Assembly (NCBI GenBank): GCA_043810925.1
Contig: JBDRNT010000094.1
Span: forward strand, 14,113 to 78,112
DNA: 64,000 nucleotides
Reading direction: 5' to 3'
Origin: Candidatus Eiseniibacteriota bacterium
GTDB lineage: Bacteria > Arandabacterota > Arandabacteria > Arandabacterales > Arandabacteraceae
The notes under the pieces are model-generated. The model saw nothing but the letters and a program-made list of their open reading frames with translations. It was not told the origin of the DNA and ran no database searches. Position numbers and translations under genes: made by a program. Positions 37,309 to 47,332 of this stretch are shown here, piece after piece. The number at the start of each line of letters is the position of its first letter. Positions within the stretch are counted from its first letter, which is position 1.

Positions 37309-38052
37309 GTGAACAGAGTATACGAAGGCATGCTGAAGATGGCTGACGCCAGGGGGGCAGGATACGTGGTCCTTCTCGATCCGGACAAGTACTCCGCTTC
37401 GGAGCTGGGCGGTCAGGCGGAGATGATAAGCACGTATGCGGATCTCATCTTTGTCGGCGGTAGTCTGTGCGTGAGGCACGATTTCGGGGAGGCCGTAAGA
37501 AGCATAAAGGCGGCATCGAGTGTGCCCGTCGTCATCTTTCCCGGCGATTCGACGCAGGTGTCCCCGCATGCCGATGCGTTGCTCTTTCTTTCCCTGGTGA
37601 GCTCACGAAACGCCGATCTCCTGATCGGCGAACATGTGAAGGCAGCTCCTGTCATCCGCCGTCACGATCTCGAAGTGATCCCGGTAGCCTACATGCTGGT
37701 CGAATCCGGACAGACGACATCGGTGCAGTATATGAGCCAGTCCCTTGCGATTCCGAGGGGAAAGCCCGAGATAGCCATGGCCCATGCCCTGGCCGGTGAG
37801 TATCTGGGAATGAAGCTCGTGTTTCTTGAAGCGGGAAGCGGTGCGGACCGGCATGTGCCCGTGGAGATGGTCCAGGCCGTGAGCGACTATGTCTCCATCC
37901 CGGTGATCGTAGGAGGCGGAATAAAGACTCCCGACGATGCCAATCGGGTTGCCCGGGCGGGGGCCTCATTTGTCGTTACGGGTGATGTCATAGAGAAAAG
38001 CGGCAACGCAGAGACACTCAAGGAATTCACTGCTGCGGTTCATTCAGCATGA
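37309..38052 (+). CDS. Geranylgeranylglyceryl phosphate synthase (PcrB/GGGPS family, group II-like)
   Basis: LLDPDK, VGGS, FPG, ADALLFLSLVSSRN, LEAGSGA, VGGGI, VVTG. Confidence 0.92.
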   Translation: MNRVYEGMLKMADARGAGYVVLLDPDKYSASELGGQAEMISTYADLIFVGGSLCVRHDFGEAVRSIKAASSVPVVIFPGDSTQVSPHADALLFLSLVSSRNADLLIGEHVKAAPVIRRHDLEVIPVAYMLVESGQTTSVQYMSQSLAIPRGKPEIAMAHALAGEYLGMKLVFLEAGSGADRHVPVEMVQAVSDYVSIPVIVGGGIKTPDDANRVARAGASFVVTGDVIEKSGNAETLKEFTAAVHSA

Positions 38053-38065
38053 ACGTGGAAAGGAG

Positions 38066-39139
38066 TTGGTCAATACGAAAGCCCTAATCCTGAGCGGCGG
38101 CAAAGGTACCAGATTGCGTCCCATAACACACACGAGTGCCAAGCAGCTCGTGCCGGTTGCCAACAAGCCCATCCTCTTCTACGGGATCGAGGCCATACGT
38201 GAGGCAGGCATAACCGATATCGGTATTATCGTCGGGGACACCGCCGGCGAGATCAAGGCCGCTGTCGGTGACGGCAGCAAGTTCGGGGTGACGACCAGCT
38301 ACATCCAGCAGGAAGCGCCGCTGGGGCTTGCCCATGCGGTGAAGATAGCGCACGACTTCGTGGGGAAGGACCGTTTCATAGTCTATCTCGGAGATAATCT
38401 TATAATCGACGGTATCAAGGACTTCGTCCACAGATTCGAGGCCAATTCGCCCGACTGCCAGATACTGCTGGCACATGTACCGAACCCACAGAACTTCGGT
38501 GTGGCCGAGCTGTCAGGCGACAGGGTCGTGAAACTCGTTGAGAAACCAAAGCAACCCAAGACCGATCTCGCCCTGGTCGGAGTCTATATGTTCGATGAAA
38601 GCGTGTTTGAGGCTACCGACAATATCAAGCCGTCATGGCGGGACGAGCTCGAGATAACCGATGCCATACAGTATCTGATAGAGAAGGGTTCAGACGTGCA
38701 GTTTCAGATAATAAGCGGCTGGTGGAAAGACACCGGGAAGCTCGAGGACATGCTTGAGGCGAACCGGATGCTGCTTGAGCGGCTGAAGACCAGGATCGAC
38801 GGGGAGGTCGATGACGGGTGCAAGATGGATGGCGTCGTGATCGTGGAGAAGGGGGCCAGGATAACCAACTGCACGCTCCGGGGGCCGCTGATAATAGGCG
38901 AGGGAGCGACGATAACCGATTCGTACATAGGTCCCTTTACGTCGATCAACTACGGTGTAGAGATCCGCGGCAGTGAGATCGAGCACAGCATCGTGCTTGA
39001 GAACAGCCGGATCTTTGACGTCGGCGGAAGGATCGAAAGCAGTCTGGTCGGCAAGAACGTTCTGATCGAGAAGCGTGCCAAACCGCCCAGGGCCTACAGG
39101 TTCATGGTGGGCGACTACGGCCAGATCGAGCTTCAATAG
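38066..39139 (+). CDS. rfbA: Glucose-1-phosphate thymidylyltransferase (long form)
   Basis: GGKGTRLRPITHTSAKQL, LGLAHA, ELEITDA, WWKDTG. Confidence 0.9.
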   Translation: MVNTKALILSGGKGTRLRPITHTSAKQLVPVANKPILFYGIEAIREAGITDIGIIVGDTAGEIKAAVGDGSKFGVTTSYIQQEAPLGLAHAVKIAHDFVGKDRFIVYLGDNLIIDGIKDFVHRFEANSPDCQILLAHVPNPQNFGVAELSGDRVVKLVEKPKQPKTDLALVGVYMFDESVFEATDNIKPSWRDELEITDAIQYLIEKGSDVQFQIISGWWKDTGKLEDMLEANRMLLERLKTRIDGEVDDGCKMDGVVIVEKGARITNCTLRGPLIIGEGATITDSYIGPFTSINYGVEIRGSEIEHSIVLENSRIFDVGGRIESSLVGKNVLIEKRAKPPRAYRFMVGDYGQIELQ

Positions 39140-39144
39140 GAGGG

Positions 39145-40014
39145 GTGACCTTGAGGGTACTCGTAACGGGCGCAAGGGGCATGCTTGGGTCCGACATGTG
39201 CGAGGTGCTCGGAACCGACTATGAGGTCACACCGTACGATATTGAGGACTTCGACATCGTCGACCTGGAGCCCACGCTGGCAGCCGTTCGCAAGGTGTCA
39301 CCACAGGTGATAATCCACCTCGCGGCTCTCACCGATGTGGATGCGTGCGAAGACGATCTTGAAAAGGCGCTGAACGTCAATTCCGTGGGCGCAATGAATG
39401 TCGCGATGGCGGCCTCCGAGGCCGAAGCCTATCTTGTCTACATCAGCACCGATTACGTATTCGACGGTACCAAGGGGGAGCCCTACGTCGAGACCGATGT
39501 GCCGAATCCCATCAATCACTATGGTCTTTCGAAGCTCCGGGGTGAACGCCACGTGCAGGACCTTGTTGCCAGACACCTTATCGTGAGGACTTCATGGCTC
39601 TTCGGTCCCAACGGCAGGAACTTCATCGACACCATCGTCGCGCGGGCATCCGGCGGCGGCGCGCTTGAAGTCGTCAATGATCAGAGCGGCTCGCCCACCT
39701 ATACACTGGATCTGGCCCGCGGCATACGTCAGGCTTTCGAGCGCGAGGTCGAGGGACTGCTCCACATGACAAACACAGGTGTGGCTACGTGGTTTGACTT
39801 GGCGTCCTATGCGGTCGGGCTCGCGGGTATCAAGACGGAAATAAACGCCGTTTCGAGTGCGGAGTATCCGACCAGGACGAAGCGACCGCCTTACTCGGTT
39901 CTTAAGAGTGCTGTCGGCGAAGCGGCGGGCATTGACCTGCTGCCCTGCTGGCAGGAGGGCGTCAGGGATCATCTTCGCAGAAAGAAACTGCTCAAAGAGG
40001 GGGCGGCCAGGTGA
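39145..40014 (+). CDS. rfbD: dTDP-4-dehydrorhamnose reductase
   Basis: TGARGMLG, ISTDYVFDG, YGLSK, RTSWLFG, DQSGSPT. Confidence 0.92.
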   Translation: MTLRVLVTGARGMLGSDMCEVLGTDYEVTPYDIEDFDIVDLEPTLAAVRKVSPQVIIHLAALTDVDACEDDLEKALNVNSVGAMNVAMAASEAEAYLVYISTDYVFDGTKGEPYVETDVPNPINHYGLSKLRGERHVQDLVARHLIVRTSWLFGPNGRNFIDTIVARASGGGALEVVNDQSGSPTYTLDLARGIRQAFEREVEGLLHMTNTGVATWFDLASYAVGLAGIKTEINAVSSAEYPTRTKRPPYSVLKSAVGEAAGIDLLPCWQEGVRDHLRRKKLLKEGAAR

Positions 40015-40601
40015 CAGACCGGGAATGGATCAGTGATTCACTTCGAGCGGCAAGCGAGGTCTTTGCCGAGACCGCCGCGTCGTGTCGGGATGAGATTGCG
40101 GCGGCCAGCCGGGCCGCGGCAGAGTGTATCAAGGCCGGCGGGAAGCTCATGCTGTGCGGCAACGGCGGGAGCGCGGCAGATGCCCAGCACATCGCGGCTG
40201 AGATGACGGTCAAGATGAAACGGGTGAGATCTCCTTTGCCGGCGTTTGCCCTGACCACCAACACATCGCTTCTTACGGCGCAGGCAAATGATCTCGGCTT
40301 CGATACGGTCTTCTCACGGCAAATCGAATCTCTTGGCCGTGAAGGCGATGTGCTTATCGCGATCAGCACGAGCGGGAACTCGCCTAACATCTTGCGGGGT
40401 GCCGAGACGGCCCGGGATATGGGAATCAAGGTTGTGGGTCTGACCGGGCGTGACGGGGGCAAGCTGGCCCCCATGTCCGATATCGCGATCTCCGTGCCTT
40501 CAGACGATGTCCCGAGGATACAGGAGGCCCATATCGCAATTGGTCATCTTATCTGTGAATTTGCAGAGAACACTTTCTTCCCGGACAGCCCCGGTGTTTG
40601 A
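40011..40601 (+). CDS. gmhA: Phosphoheptose isomerase
   Basis: CGNGGSAADAQH, ISTSGNS, RIQEAH. Confidence 0.93.
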   Translation: MTDREWISDSLRAASEVFAETAASCRDEIAAASRAAAECIKAGGKLMLCGNGGSAADAQHIAAEMTVKMKRVRSPLPAFALTTNTSLLTAQANDLGFDTVFSRQIESLGREGDVLIAISTSGNSPNILRGAETARDMGIKVVGLTGRDGGKLAPMSDIAISVPSDDVPRIQEAHIAIGHLICEFAENTFFPDSPGV

Positions 40602-41944
40602 TCCCGTCTTCGGAAGATGAAATCCTTACGCATGATGTCCGACCGCATACTGCACCGACGGTTTGCGCAGACAGTGGGGGGTGTGTGAGAAGACTCCGGG
40701 AATTGCTGTTAAGTCGCGGATCGCGTGACTATGTGCTGACCACCGGTACCAGATTCGGGGTACTTGGTCTTACTCTTCTTTCCAACATAGTGATCACCAG
40801 GACTGTGGGTGCTGAAGGCAGGGGACTCTATGCACTGGTCAACAACACGATTCTGCTGGGTGCTCTTGTGGCCGGCCTGGGGTCCGATGAGGCAGTTGCC
40901 TATTTCGTGGCGCGTGATAAGGACCTGCGATCCAGGACTGTCGGCAACGCGCTTCTGATCGGGCTGTCGGGCGCACTTGTACTCACCTTGCTTGGTGTGG
41001 TATTCCGCGGTGCTCTTCCCGGCGTGCTCCGCGGCCTTCCATCGACCGCAATAATGATCGCCGCACTTGCGCTGATGCCCACTGTGGCGGCGCGGATATT
41101 CAGGACGAACCTGCAAGGGGTCCGGGATTTCAAGTCTTACAACATCTCGCTTGCAGCCAGGCCTGCCCTGATCCTGATTTACTGCTCGGGCGGGCTCCTG
41201 ATGCTTCAGCTCGGCCAGCGCGGGATCCCCATTATTCTCCTGCTCGTAGCGGTCTCCGAACTGGCTGTTTCCGGTAGCCTGGCACGCAGGCACGTCCGCC
41301 CTCGGCTCAGGACTTCTGTTGAGCGGATGAAGAGTCTGATGTCTTACGGTCTGCGGGCGCAGGCAAACGTGATTTTGCAGTTCGTCTCCATCCGGGCCGG
41401 TATCTTCCTGCTGGGCTACTTCAGGAGTCCGGAAGACGTCGGAGTCTATAGCGTGGCTGCCGCGCTGGCCGAGATCCAGCTCTATCTGCCGTCGGCAGTC
41501 GGCTGGGTGTGGATGCCCAAGGTGGCGAGTCAGCCGTTCAAGCATTCGGTAGACGGCACCAGACAGCTGATCATCAAGGTGCTTCCGATGCTCTTCCTGA
41601 CGGCGGTACTGCTGGCCTTGGCCGGATCGTGGCTCCTGCCTGCGGCCTTCGGTACGAAATTCGCTGATTCTTATGTCCCGATGCTGATCTTGCTGCCGGG
41701 GTGCACACTGTTGGGTTTGGCGACCATCATGTTCAGGTTCTTCGCGGGGATCGGAAAACCTCACCTGACAACGTTTGTCAGCCTCGGTGGTCTTGCCGCG
41801 ATTGCTGTGACTCAGGTGTTGCTGATTCCCGCCTGGGGAGCTAACGGTGCTGCGGCCGGATCCTGCCTGGGCTATGTATGTGTATTCGCAGCTGCTGCCG
41901 TGGTGTTCATGAAGACCTCGAGGAACGTTCGTACTCGTGATTGA
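40598..41944 (+). CDS. Polysaccharide flippase (Wzx/MOP family); start may instead be GTG 40685
   Basis: About 12 TM helices; GAEGRG, VGVYSVA, LIPAWGANGAA. Confidence 0.8.
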   Translation: MIPSSEDEILTHDVRPHTAPTVCADSGGCVRRLRELLLSRGSRDYVLTTGTRFGVLGLTLLSNIVITRTVGAEGRGLYALVNNTILLGALVAGLGSDEAVAYFVARDKDLRSRTVGNALLIGLSGALVLTLLGVVFRGALPGVLRGLPSTAIMIAALALMPTVAARIFRTNLQGVRDFKSYNISLAARPALILIYCSGGLLMLQLGQRGIPIILLLVAVSELAVSGSLARRHVRPRLRTSVERMKSLMSYGLRAQANVILQFVSIRAGIFLLGYFRSPEDVGVYSVAAALAEIQLYLPSAVGWVWMPKVASQPFKHSVDGTRQLIIKVLPMLFLTAVLLALAGSWLLPAAFGTKFADSYVPMLILLPGCTLLGLATIMFRFFAGIGKPHLTTFVSLGGLAAIAVTQVLLIPAWGANGAAAGSCLGYVCVFAAAAVVFMKTSRNVRTRD

Positions 41945-43008
41945 TATCGCTCAAGCGAAAACCGCGAGAGGGCGGTCCGGCGGGCTTGTCCACCGATTCT
42001 GCGCCTGAGGTCGGGGTCTGCAAGGGATTTCAGGACCTCGACAGAGCGCTGGATGTCCCCAGGCGGCACTATGAAGCCGTCCGAGGCGTCTGTGATGATC
42101 TCTCGCATCGGTTCCACGTCCGAGACCACGGTCGGCAGTCCCGATGCCATGGATTCAAGCACTGCGCGTCCAAAACCCTCTGCACGCACGAAGGGCAGGA
42201 GACATATGTCAAGGGGGCCATAGAGCATCGACCGGTCCGCTGTCGGCTTCCTGAGTATGACGCTGGTCCTGCTGTGCGACCGTGCTATCGTTTCCTTTAC
42301 TTCTTCAAGATAGGCGGCATCCCCCGGCTGCCCTGTTATAACAAAGACAAACCGGTCGTCGTCCAGGCACCCTGCGGTCTCAATGAATCCTTCCAGACCC
42401 TTATGAGGCGCAATTCGCGATACCATGCCGACCAGTACACGGCCGGCCGGCAGGGACCGGCACCGCCTTGATTCCGATTTCTCATCTGCACCCGGGGCCT
42501 GCATCACGTTCGTGTCAATACCCGGAGGAATCGTCACCAGGGGACACCGAAGATAACCGGTGAATGCACGTTTCTGCGCATCTGAAAGGACTGCAGCCTG
42601 TCTGATGTACCTGGAAAGAAACGGCAGCAATCGTCCTATCCTGGTTATCGTCGGTGTGTAGTCCAGCAGGTACCAGCCGACCCTTGCTCTTGTCAGCATC
42701 GCGATCAAACCGCCGGCCAGGTGTCCCCTCAGATTCATCGTTATGACGCAATCCGGTGATTCACGGATGACTGTTGCTGTAAGTGCAAGAGTTTCATATA
42801 TCGTAAGCAGGAGTCTCCCGATAGGTCTGTACGGCTTCGCAGGAAGTCTCAATTTGATCAGGCGGATGTCATCGCCGACGCTTGCGAGCGGGCTCGACGG
42901 GGCATATACGACGACCTCGGCGTCCCGCCCGGCAGCGGCGGCGAATTCAGCCAGAGACCTTTTCGTGCCGCCGAGTACCGCGGAGTCCTCGAAAATCAGA
43001 ATCTTCAT
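41872..43008 (-). CDS. Glycosyltransferase family 4
   Basis: SRIAPHKG, EGFGRAVLESMASGLP; ATG 43008 overlaps the upstream stop (ATGA). Confidence 0.88.
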   Translation of the reverse strand: MKILIFEDSAVLGGTKRSLAEFAAAAGRDAEVVVYAPSSPLASVGDDIRLIKLRLPAKPYRPIGRLLLTIYETLALTATVIRESPDCVITMNLRGHLAGGLIAMLTRARVGWYLLDYTPTITRIGRLLPFLSRYIRQAAVLSDAQKRAFTGYLRCPLVTIPPGIDTNVMQAPGADEKSESRRCRSLPAGRVLVGMVSRIAPHKGLEGFIETAGCLDDDRFVFVITGQPGDAAYLEEVKETIARSHSRTSVILRKPTADRSMLYGPLDICLLPFVRAEGFGRAVLESMASGLPTVVSDVEPMREIITDASDGFIVPPGDIQRSVEVLKSLADPDLRRRIGGQARRTALSRFSLERYQSRVRTFLEVFMNTTAAAANTHT

Positions 43009-44222
43009 TTCTCTGGTCGACCTCGAATCAAGTGGCTGAGAACTTCGCCCCATGCCGACGACACCGCCTCGGAAGAGAACCGGCCGCAAACGTGTTGCAT
43101 CGACCGGTCTGCCATCAGCTCCAGCTGAGCAGGGTGAGAGAGCGCGGACGCAGTCTTTTCAACGAACTCTTTCCTGGTCTCGGCAAGGAGGAAATGAGTG
43201 TCAGGCCTCGCACCAGTCGCTTCCACGCCTTTCCAGGTGGATACCAGGGGGAGCCCGAGGGCCATGACGTCCAGCGCTTTTATGCGGATGCCACCTCCGT
43301 AAAATACCGGGTTCACGAAAAGCCGGCACGATGAGAGGACCTGTTTGTAATCGTCGACAACTCCGGTGAACGTGACATTCTGATTCGCGAACTCCGTCAC
43401 GGGGAAGTCGGCCTTCATGCCGACTATGACAAGCGAGACGTCCGGGTGTTCGTCTCTCACAAGGGGATAGACCTCGCGGAGAAACCACAACAGTCCCTGT
43501 CGATTCGGGTACCAGTCCAGACGTCCGATGAAGCACAGATCAAACTTCGCGGCCGGCGGTCTCGCGGTGAGTGCGCAGTCAATCGAGCATGGTATGGTCA
43601 TCACTCTGGACTGCGGTGCCTCCCGGCTGACGGTCTGCCTTTCAACATCGGAAATACAAACGCACATGTCGAATGCAGGAAAAGTCTTAAGTTCAAGGCT
43701 TTTCAGCTTACGTGCCTGCCACCGGATCAGTGCCCGCTTTACCGGGTTGCGCACGTACTCCGCATGGCCTTCAACTACTCGCCACTCAAGGTTGTGTTGC
43801 CTGAGAACGACCGGACAGCCGGGGAAGCGGTTTCGCAAGGCCGGGAGCCAGCTGCTCAAATGGAAGCTGTCGAGCACGATAATCCCGTATTCCCTATCCA
43901 TCACGTCCTGCGAGAGCCTCCCGGCCAGGGCAGACGAATCGTGCTTTGCGATGTTGACCGGGAAGGCCGAGAGAAGCCCCTTTGCAATCTGGCTGATCCC
44001 CATGGTCGGTTCGAAATGGAGATGCTCTACTCCTGCGATGTCACCAGCGGAAGTCGGTACGACTGAACGGGGGACTTCGGGTCCTACTACGACGATCTTA
44101 ATATCACAGCCCTGGGAAACCAGGGCGGTAAGGGAGCTCATGGTCAGTCTGCGGAACCCGTCCAGAGCCGGATAAGGACACTTTCTGGTTATCCAGAGAA
44201 CCGAACTTGTGCGGTCATCCAT
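43005..44222 (-). CDS. Glycosyltransferase family 4
   Basis: HNLE, FIGRLDWYPN, GGGIRIKAL.VMA.GLP. Confidence 0.85.
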   Translation of the reverse strand: MDDRTSSVLWITRKCPYPALDGFRRLTMSSLTALVSQGCDIKIVVVGPEVPRSVVPTSAGDIAGVEHLHFEPTMGISQIAKGLLSAFPVNIAKHDSSALAGRLSQDVMDREYGIIVLDSFHLSSWLPALRNRFPGCPVVLRQHNLEWRVVEGHAEYVRNPVKRALIRWQARKLKSLELKTFPAFDMCVCISDVERQTVSREAPQSRVMTIPCSIDCALTARPPAAKFDLCFIGRLDWYPNRQGLLWFLREVYPLVRDEHPDVSLVIVGMKADFPVTEFANQNVTFTGVVDDYKQVLSSCRLFVNPVFYGGGIRIKALDVMALGLPLVSTWKGVEATGARPDTHFLLAETRKEFVEKTASALSHPAQLELMADRSMQHVCGRFSSEAVSSAWGEVLSHLIRGRPEK

Positions 44223-44300
44223 AGCGGACCCTCTGAGTATTCCGGGGCCCCCCCCACCCGGGTTGCAGCCGATGTCGGTGACTATCGGGCAGGCGTGCCG

Positions 44301-45425
44301 CTACCATTTTGAATAGTCTTTCCCCAGAGCATAATCCGCCAGTGAGAGCAGGGATGCGACGTTCACGGTGATGAAGAAGCCACAGGCGCCGGCAAGTCTC
44401 GATCTTGACAGTTGCCGCGTGCCGCTCAGCGCCGAGATGATCGCCGCTCCCAAGAGAAGTATCACCGAAACGAACCCTGCCACAGGCAAGTAGCTTCGGG
44501 GGATGGCCAGCACCGTCAGTACGATTGCAAGGACCAGGAGTGGCCCTATGAAGTACCTCAGGAGCTTGTCTGAAACCAGGTAGAAGAGAAGACGGGGTTT
44601 TCTCGCGATTCTGGCAAGGTAACCTTCTCGGAACAACGTACCCAGTGCGCGGGAGAATATCCGACGTCTTCTGGCGATATTGCTCCGTAAATCGGGGTAC
44701 TTCGATGCCTTGTAGGCCTTAGCCTCCGACTCGAAGGTGACGGCCCCCCCGCGCAGCAGCATCTCAAGCGGCATGATCAGATCGGACAGCACGGGCGGGC
44801 CCAGCTCGACGAAATCCTCCGCCGCGACGGCATAGCAGCCTCCCTGTACACCGATCATCACACCACGTCGTGCCTCCCGTGTCTTGAGATCCGCCTCCAG
44901 CCTTATGTAGAGGGAGTCACCCGTATCACGGTTCTGGTAGCGGACATCGGCTCCCACACATGCGTAGCCTTCACTCAGACGGTCTCCCAGGGCATCGACG
45001 GTGCTGGTGGGGATGAGCGTATCGGCGTCGCTGAAGATCAGAGCTTCTCCCGCTGCTTCCCTGGCCCCGAGGTTCTGAGCGGTTGTCTTGCCGCTGTGCG
45101 GGATACTCAGGACCTTCACCGTCGGCGCGGTTGCGGCAAGTCGCTGTGCGATCTCTTCAGTCCCGTCGGTGCATCCGTCACAGACAACAATGATCTCCTG
45201 CGGCCTCGTCGGCTTCATCTCAAGACAGTTGGAGATCTTCTGCCCGATGAACTGCTTCTCATTGTGGACACAGATGATATGACTGATTTGTTTCATGTCC
45301 CGGCGGCCGAGTGGCAAAGCCTTTGATGTGCGACGGTCAAGAAGTCGCAGGACCAGTGGGTAGACCGCATATGGATAGATATAGAGAATCCATGCGGCAG
45401 CAGCCAATGCGGTTACACTCTCCAT
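44301..45425 (-). CDS. Glycosyltransferase family 2
   Basis: HNE, DGCTDGT, GKTTAQN, FSDAD; N- and C-terminal TM segments. Confidence 0.85.
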   Translation of the reverse strand: MESVTALAAAAWILYIYPYAVYPLVLRLLDRRTSKALPLGRRDMKQISHIICVHNEKQFIGQKISNCLEMKPTRPQEIIVVCDGCTDGTEEIAQRLAATAPTVKVLSIPHSGKTTAQNLGAREAAGEALIFSDADTLIPTSTVDALGDRLSEGYACVGADVRYQNRDTGDSLYIRLEADLKTREARRGVMIGVQGGCYAVAAEDFVELGPPVLSDLIMPLEMLLRGGAVTFESEAKAYKASKYPDLRSNIARRRRIFSRALGTLFREGYLARIARKPRLLFYLVSDKLLRYFIGPLLVLAIVLTVLAIPRSYLPVAGFVSVILLLGAAIISALSGTRQLSRSRLAGACGFFITVNVASLLSLADYALGKDYSKW

Positions 45426-45632
45426 TTCTGTCGAATGGAAGCATTATCATTCACGCAATTCAAGCCAAAAGCGTTCCCGATCGCGAAGCGCCGTTACCCT
45501 CACCAACCTATTGCTTTTGAAAGGGGACCACCACATCGTCTCAAAAATCCGCCGGTTTCCGCCGGCCGTCAGGCGGATCCGTCGGGTCACTGTATCGTAC
45601 GCAGACGCGATCTGAACAATGGCGATCCCGGA

Positions 45633-46367
45633 CTACGAGACTGCCACTGAATCTCCACCCAGGTCCGATACCCTGTAACCTTTTTCCGACAGGAAGTCAT
45701 TGATTTCCTGCTCTCGACTGCCCAGACTATGAGACTCGAAAACCAGGGCTCCTGGATGAATTGTCTCAAAATCAATGGCTCGTATGATCTCATCGTCGTG
45801 TCCTTCTGCGTCGATTAGAATCAAATCGATTCTCTTGTTCTTCCAGTATTGCCTTACCAGCGAATTCACAGACATGCATTGAACGTGAAACCCTTTTATC
45901 TTGTCTTCCGTGTTACCTAACTCCTTTAAACAGGCTTCGAGGTGCTCCCTGTGAAGTGAGGATTTCCGCAAGTAGTGCAGTTGATCATCCAGTGATAGCG
46001 AGTTACAGAACTCATCTGAGCAAGACCAGATATGAATACTCTCATCACTCTTCGAAGATATGGCCGCATTGACGAATACAAGGTCTCTCCTCTTCAGATA
46101 AGCGTAATTGCTCTTCAACATGTTGAAAATCCGCGGCAATGGTTCAACCAGAATCCCGCTCCAACCATCTTCGACGACAAACCTGCGGATGGGGTCCTGC
46201 CTGAGCCCGTCATTTGCACCGATCTGGATGAAATTGACTTGTTTGTTGTTCACTTCTGAGAAACCGGCCAACCATTGTTCCAGGCCGGGTCTCAGGGGAC
46301 GAAGAGAACTCAATAGATCGAACAACCGAGGTTTGGTTTTCACATAGCTCTTCAACATCTTAATCAT
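45633..46367 (-). CDS. FkbM-family methyltransferase
   Basis: FIQIGANDG, GILVEP, NAAIS, IDAEGHD; visibly AT-richer than its neighbours. Confidence 0.85.
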   Translation of the reverse strand: MIKMLKSYVKTKPRLFDLLSSLRPLRPGLEQWLAGFSEVNNKQVNFIQIGANDGLRQDPIRRFVVEDGWSGILVEPLPRIFNMLKSNYAYLKRRDLVFVNAAISSKSDESIHIWSCSDEFCNSLSLDDQLHYLRKSSLHREHLEACLKELGNTEDKIKGFHVQCMSVNSLVRQYWKNKRIDLILIDAEGHDDEIIRAIDFETIHPGALVFESHSLGSREQEINDFLSEKGYRVSDLGGDSVAVS

Positions 46368-47172
46368 CAGTTGAATCCATCAGCACAACATTCATTCGCT
46401 GCGTCTGCTTGCTTTCGAATACCAGACTGCAACATGTAACCCCGGCCTCGGCCTTGGCCAGTTCCGAAAGTCGGAGAGGCGCCACTTTGATGCCGGCGCG
46501 CTCGAGCCGCGCACGTGTACGTGTGAACCGCGCCGGGTAGACCACGGTTTCACCGACCAACAGTGCGCCCGCTGCCTGCGGTTCTTCCGGGTCGATATCG
46601 ACCAGATCGACCTCGCGGAAGACCTCGCCTCGAACCCAATTCCGGTTGATAAGCAGAGTGCGCGGCGCGATCCGGCCTACTGCCGATTTGAGATGGAGAC
46701 ATGCCTCCACGGGTACGGGAGTCACGTTGTAGCCCAGTGGCTCGACAAGAGCATCCATCTGTTTGACGCCGGCCATGTTCGTGCGTCGCGACAGACCCAC
46801 ATACATGTCATTGCCTATGACTATGACATCACCCCCGTCCAGGGTGCCCGGTCCCACAATCCGGGCCAGACCGCGATACTGTGCCAGAGCGTCGGCCACG
46901 GCCGATGTCTCGGGGCGGCGGGATTTCGCTCCGGGACGGGTCACAATCGCGAGCTCGTCAAGCACCACTGCGCAGTCTTCGACAAAGACCGAATCGGGCA
47001 GATCCGGCTCCGCCGCGAGACTGTGTACCTCACAGCCGAGATCGGCCAGGCATTCTTCGTATTCCTGGTGCTCTTTAGCTGCGGTCTCGACGTCGATAGG
47101 TTCCCGCTCAAGATGCGTGCGTTCGCCCTGTCCGATGTTCGGACCGACCTGTCTGGTGACTGCAATCTTCAT
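46360..47172 (-). CDS. Dimethylarginine dimethylaminohydrolase (amidinotransferase superfamily)
   Basis: PDSVFVED, RPGA.SR..E, LDGGD, LHLKS, GVTCCSL. Confidence 0.9.
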   Translation of the reverse strand: MKIAVTRQVGPNIGQGERTHLEREPIDVETAAKEHQEYEECLADLGCEVHSLAAEPDLPDSVFVEDCAVVLDELAIVTRPGAKSRRPETSAVADALAQYRGLARIVGPGTLDGGDVIVIGNDMYVGLSRRTNMAGVKQMDALVEPLGYNVTPVPVEACLHLKSAVGRIAPRTLLINRNWVRGEVFREVDLVDIDPEEPQAAGALLVGETVVYPARFTRTRARLERAGIKVAPLRLSELAKAEAGVTCCSLVFESKQTQRMNVVLMDSTDD

Positions 47173-47332
47173 CGAATGCCTTCTTCCTGCCCGGGTGTCC
47201 CGAGCCCTCCGGTCCCGGCCAGCCAGGTGAAATCGATGTCACGCTGGCGCCATGTGCTGCGGAACATCCAGATCGCATCAATTCCCCCTGATGGTGAATC
47301 CCACCGGGCTGACATGGTTGCGCACCGGCCGC

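Noticed and set aside
40709..41764. 351-aa minus-strand ORF (and similar long antisense ORFs at 16140-17156, 29541-30455 and 33382-34182)
   Set aside because: These are shadows of well-supported plus-strand genes.
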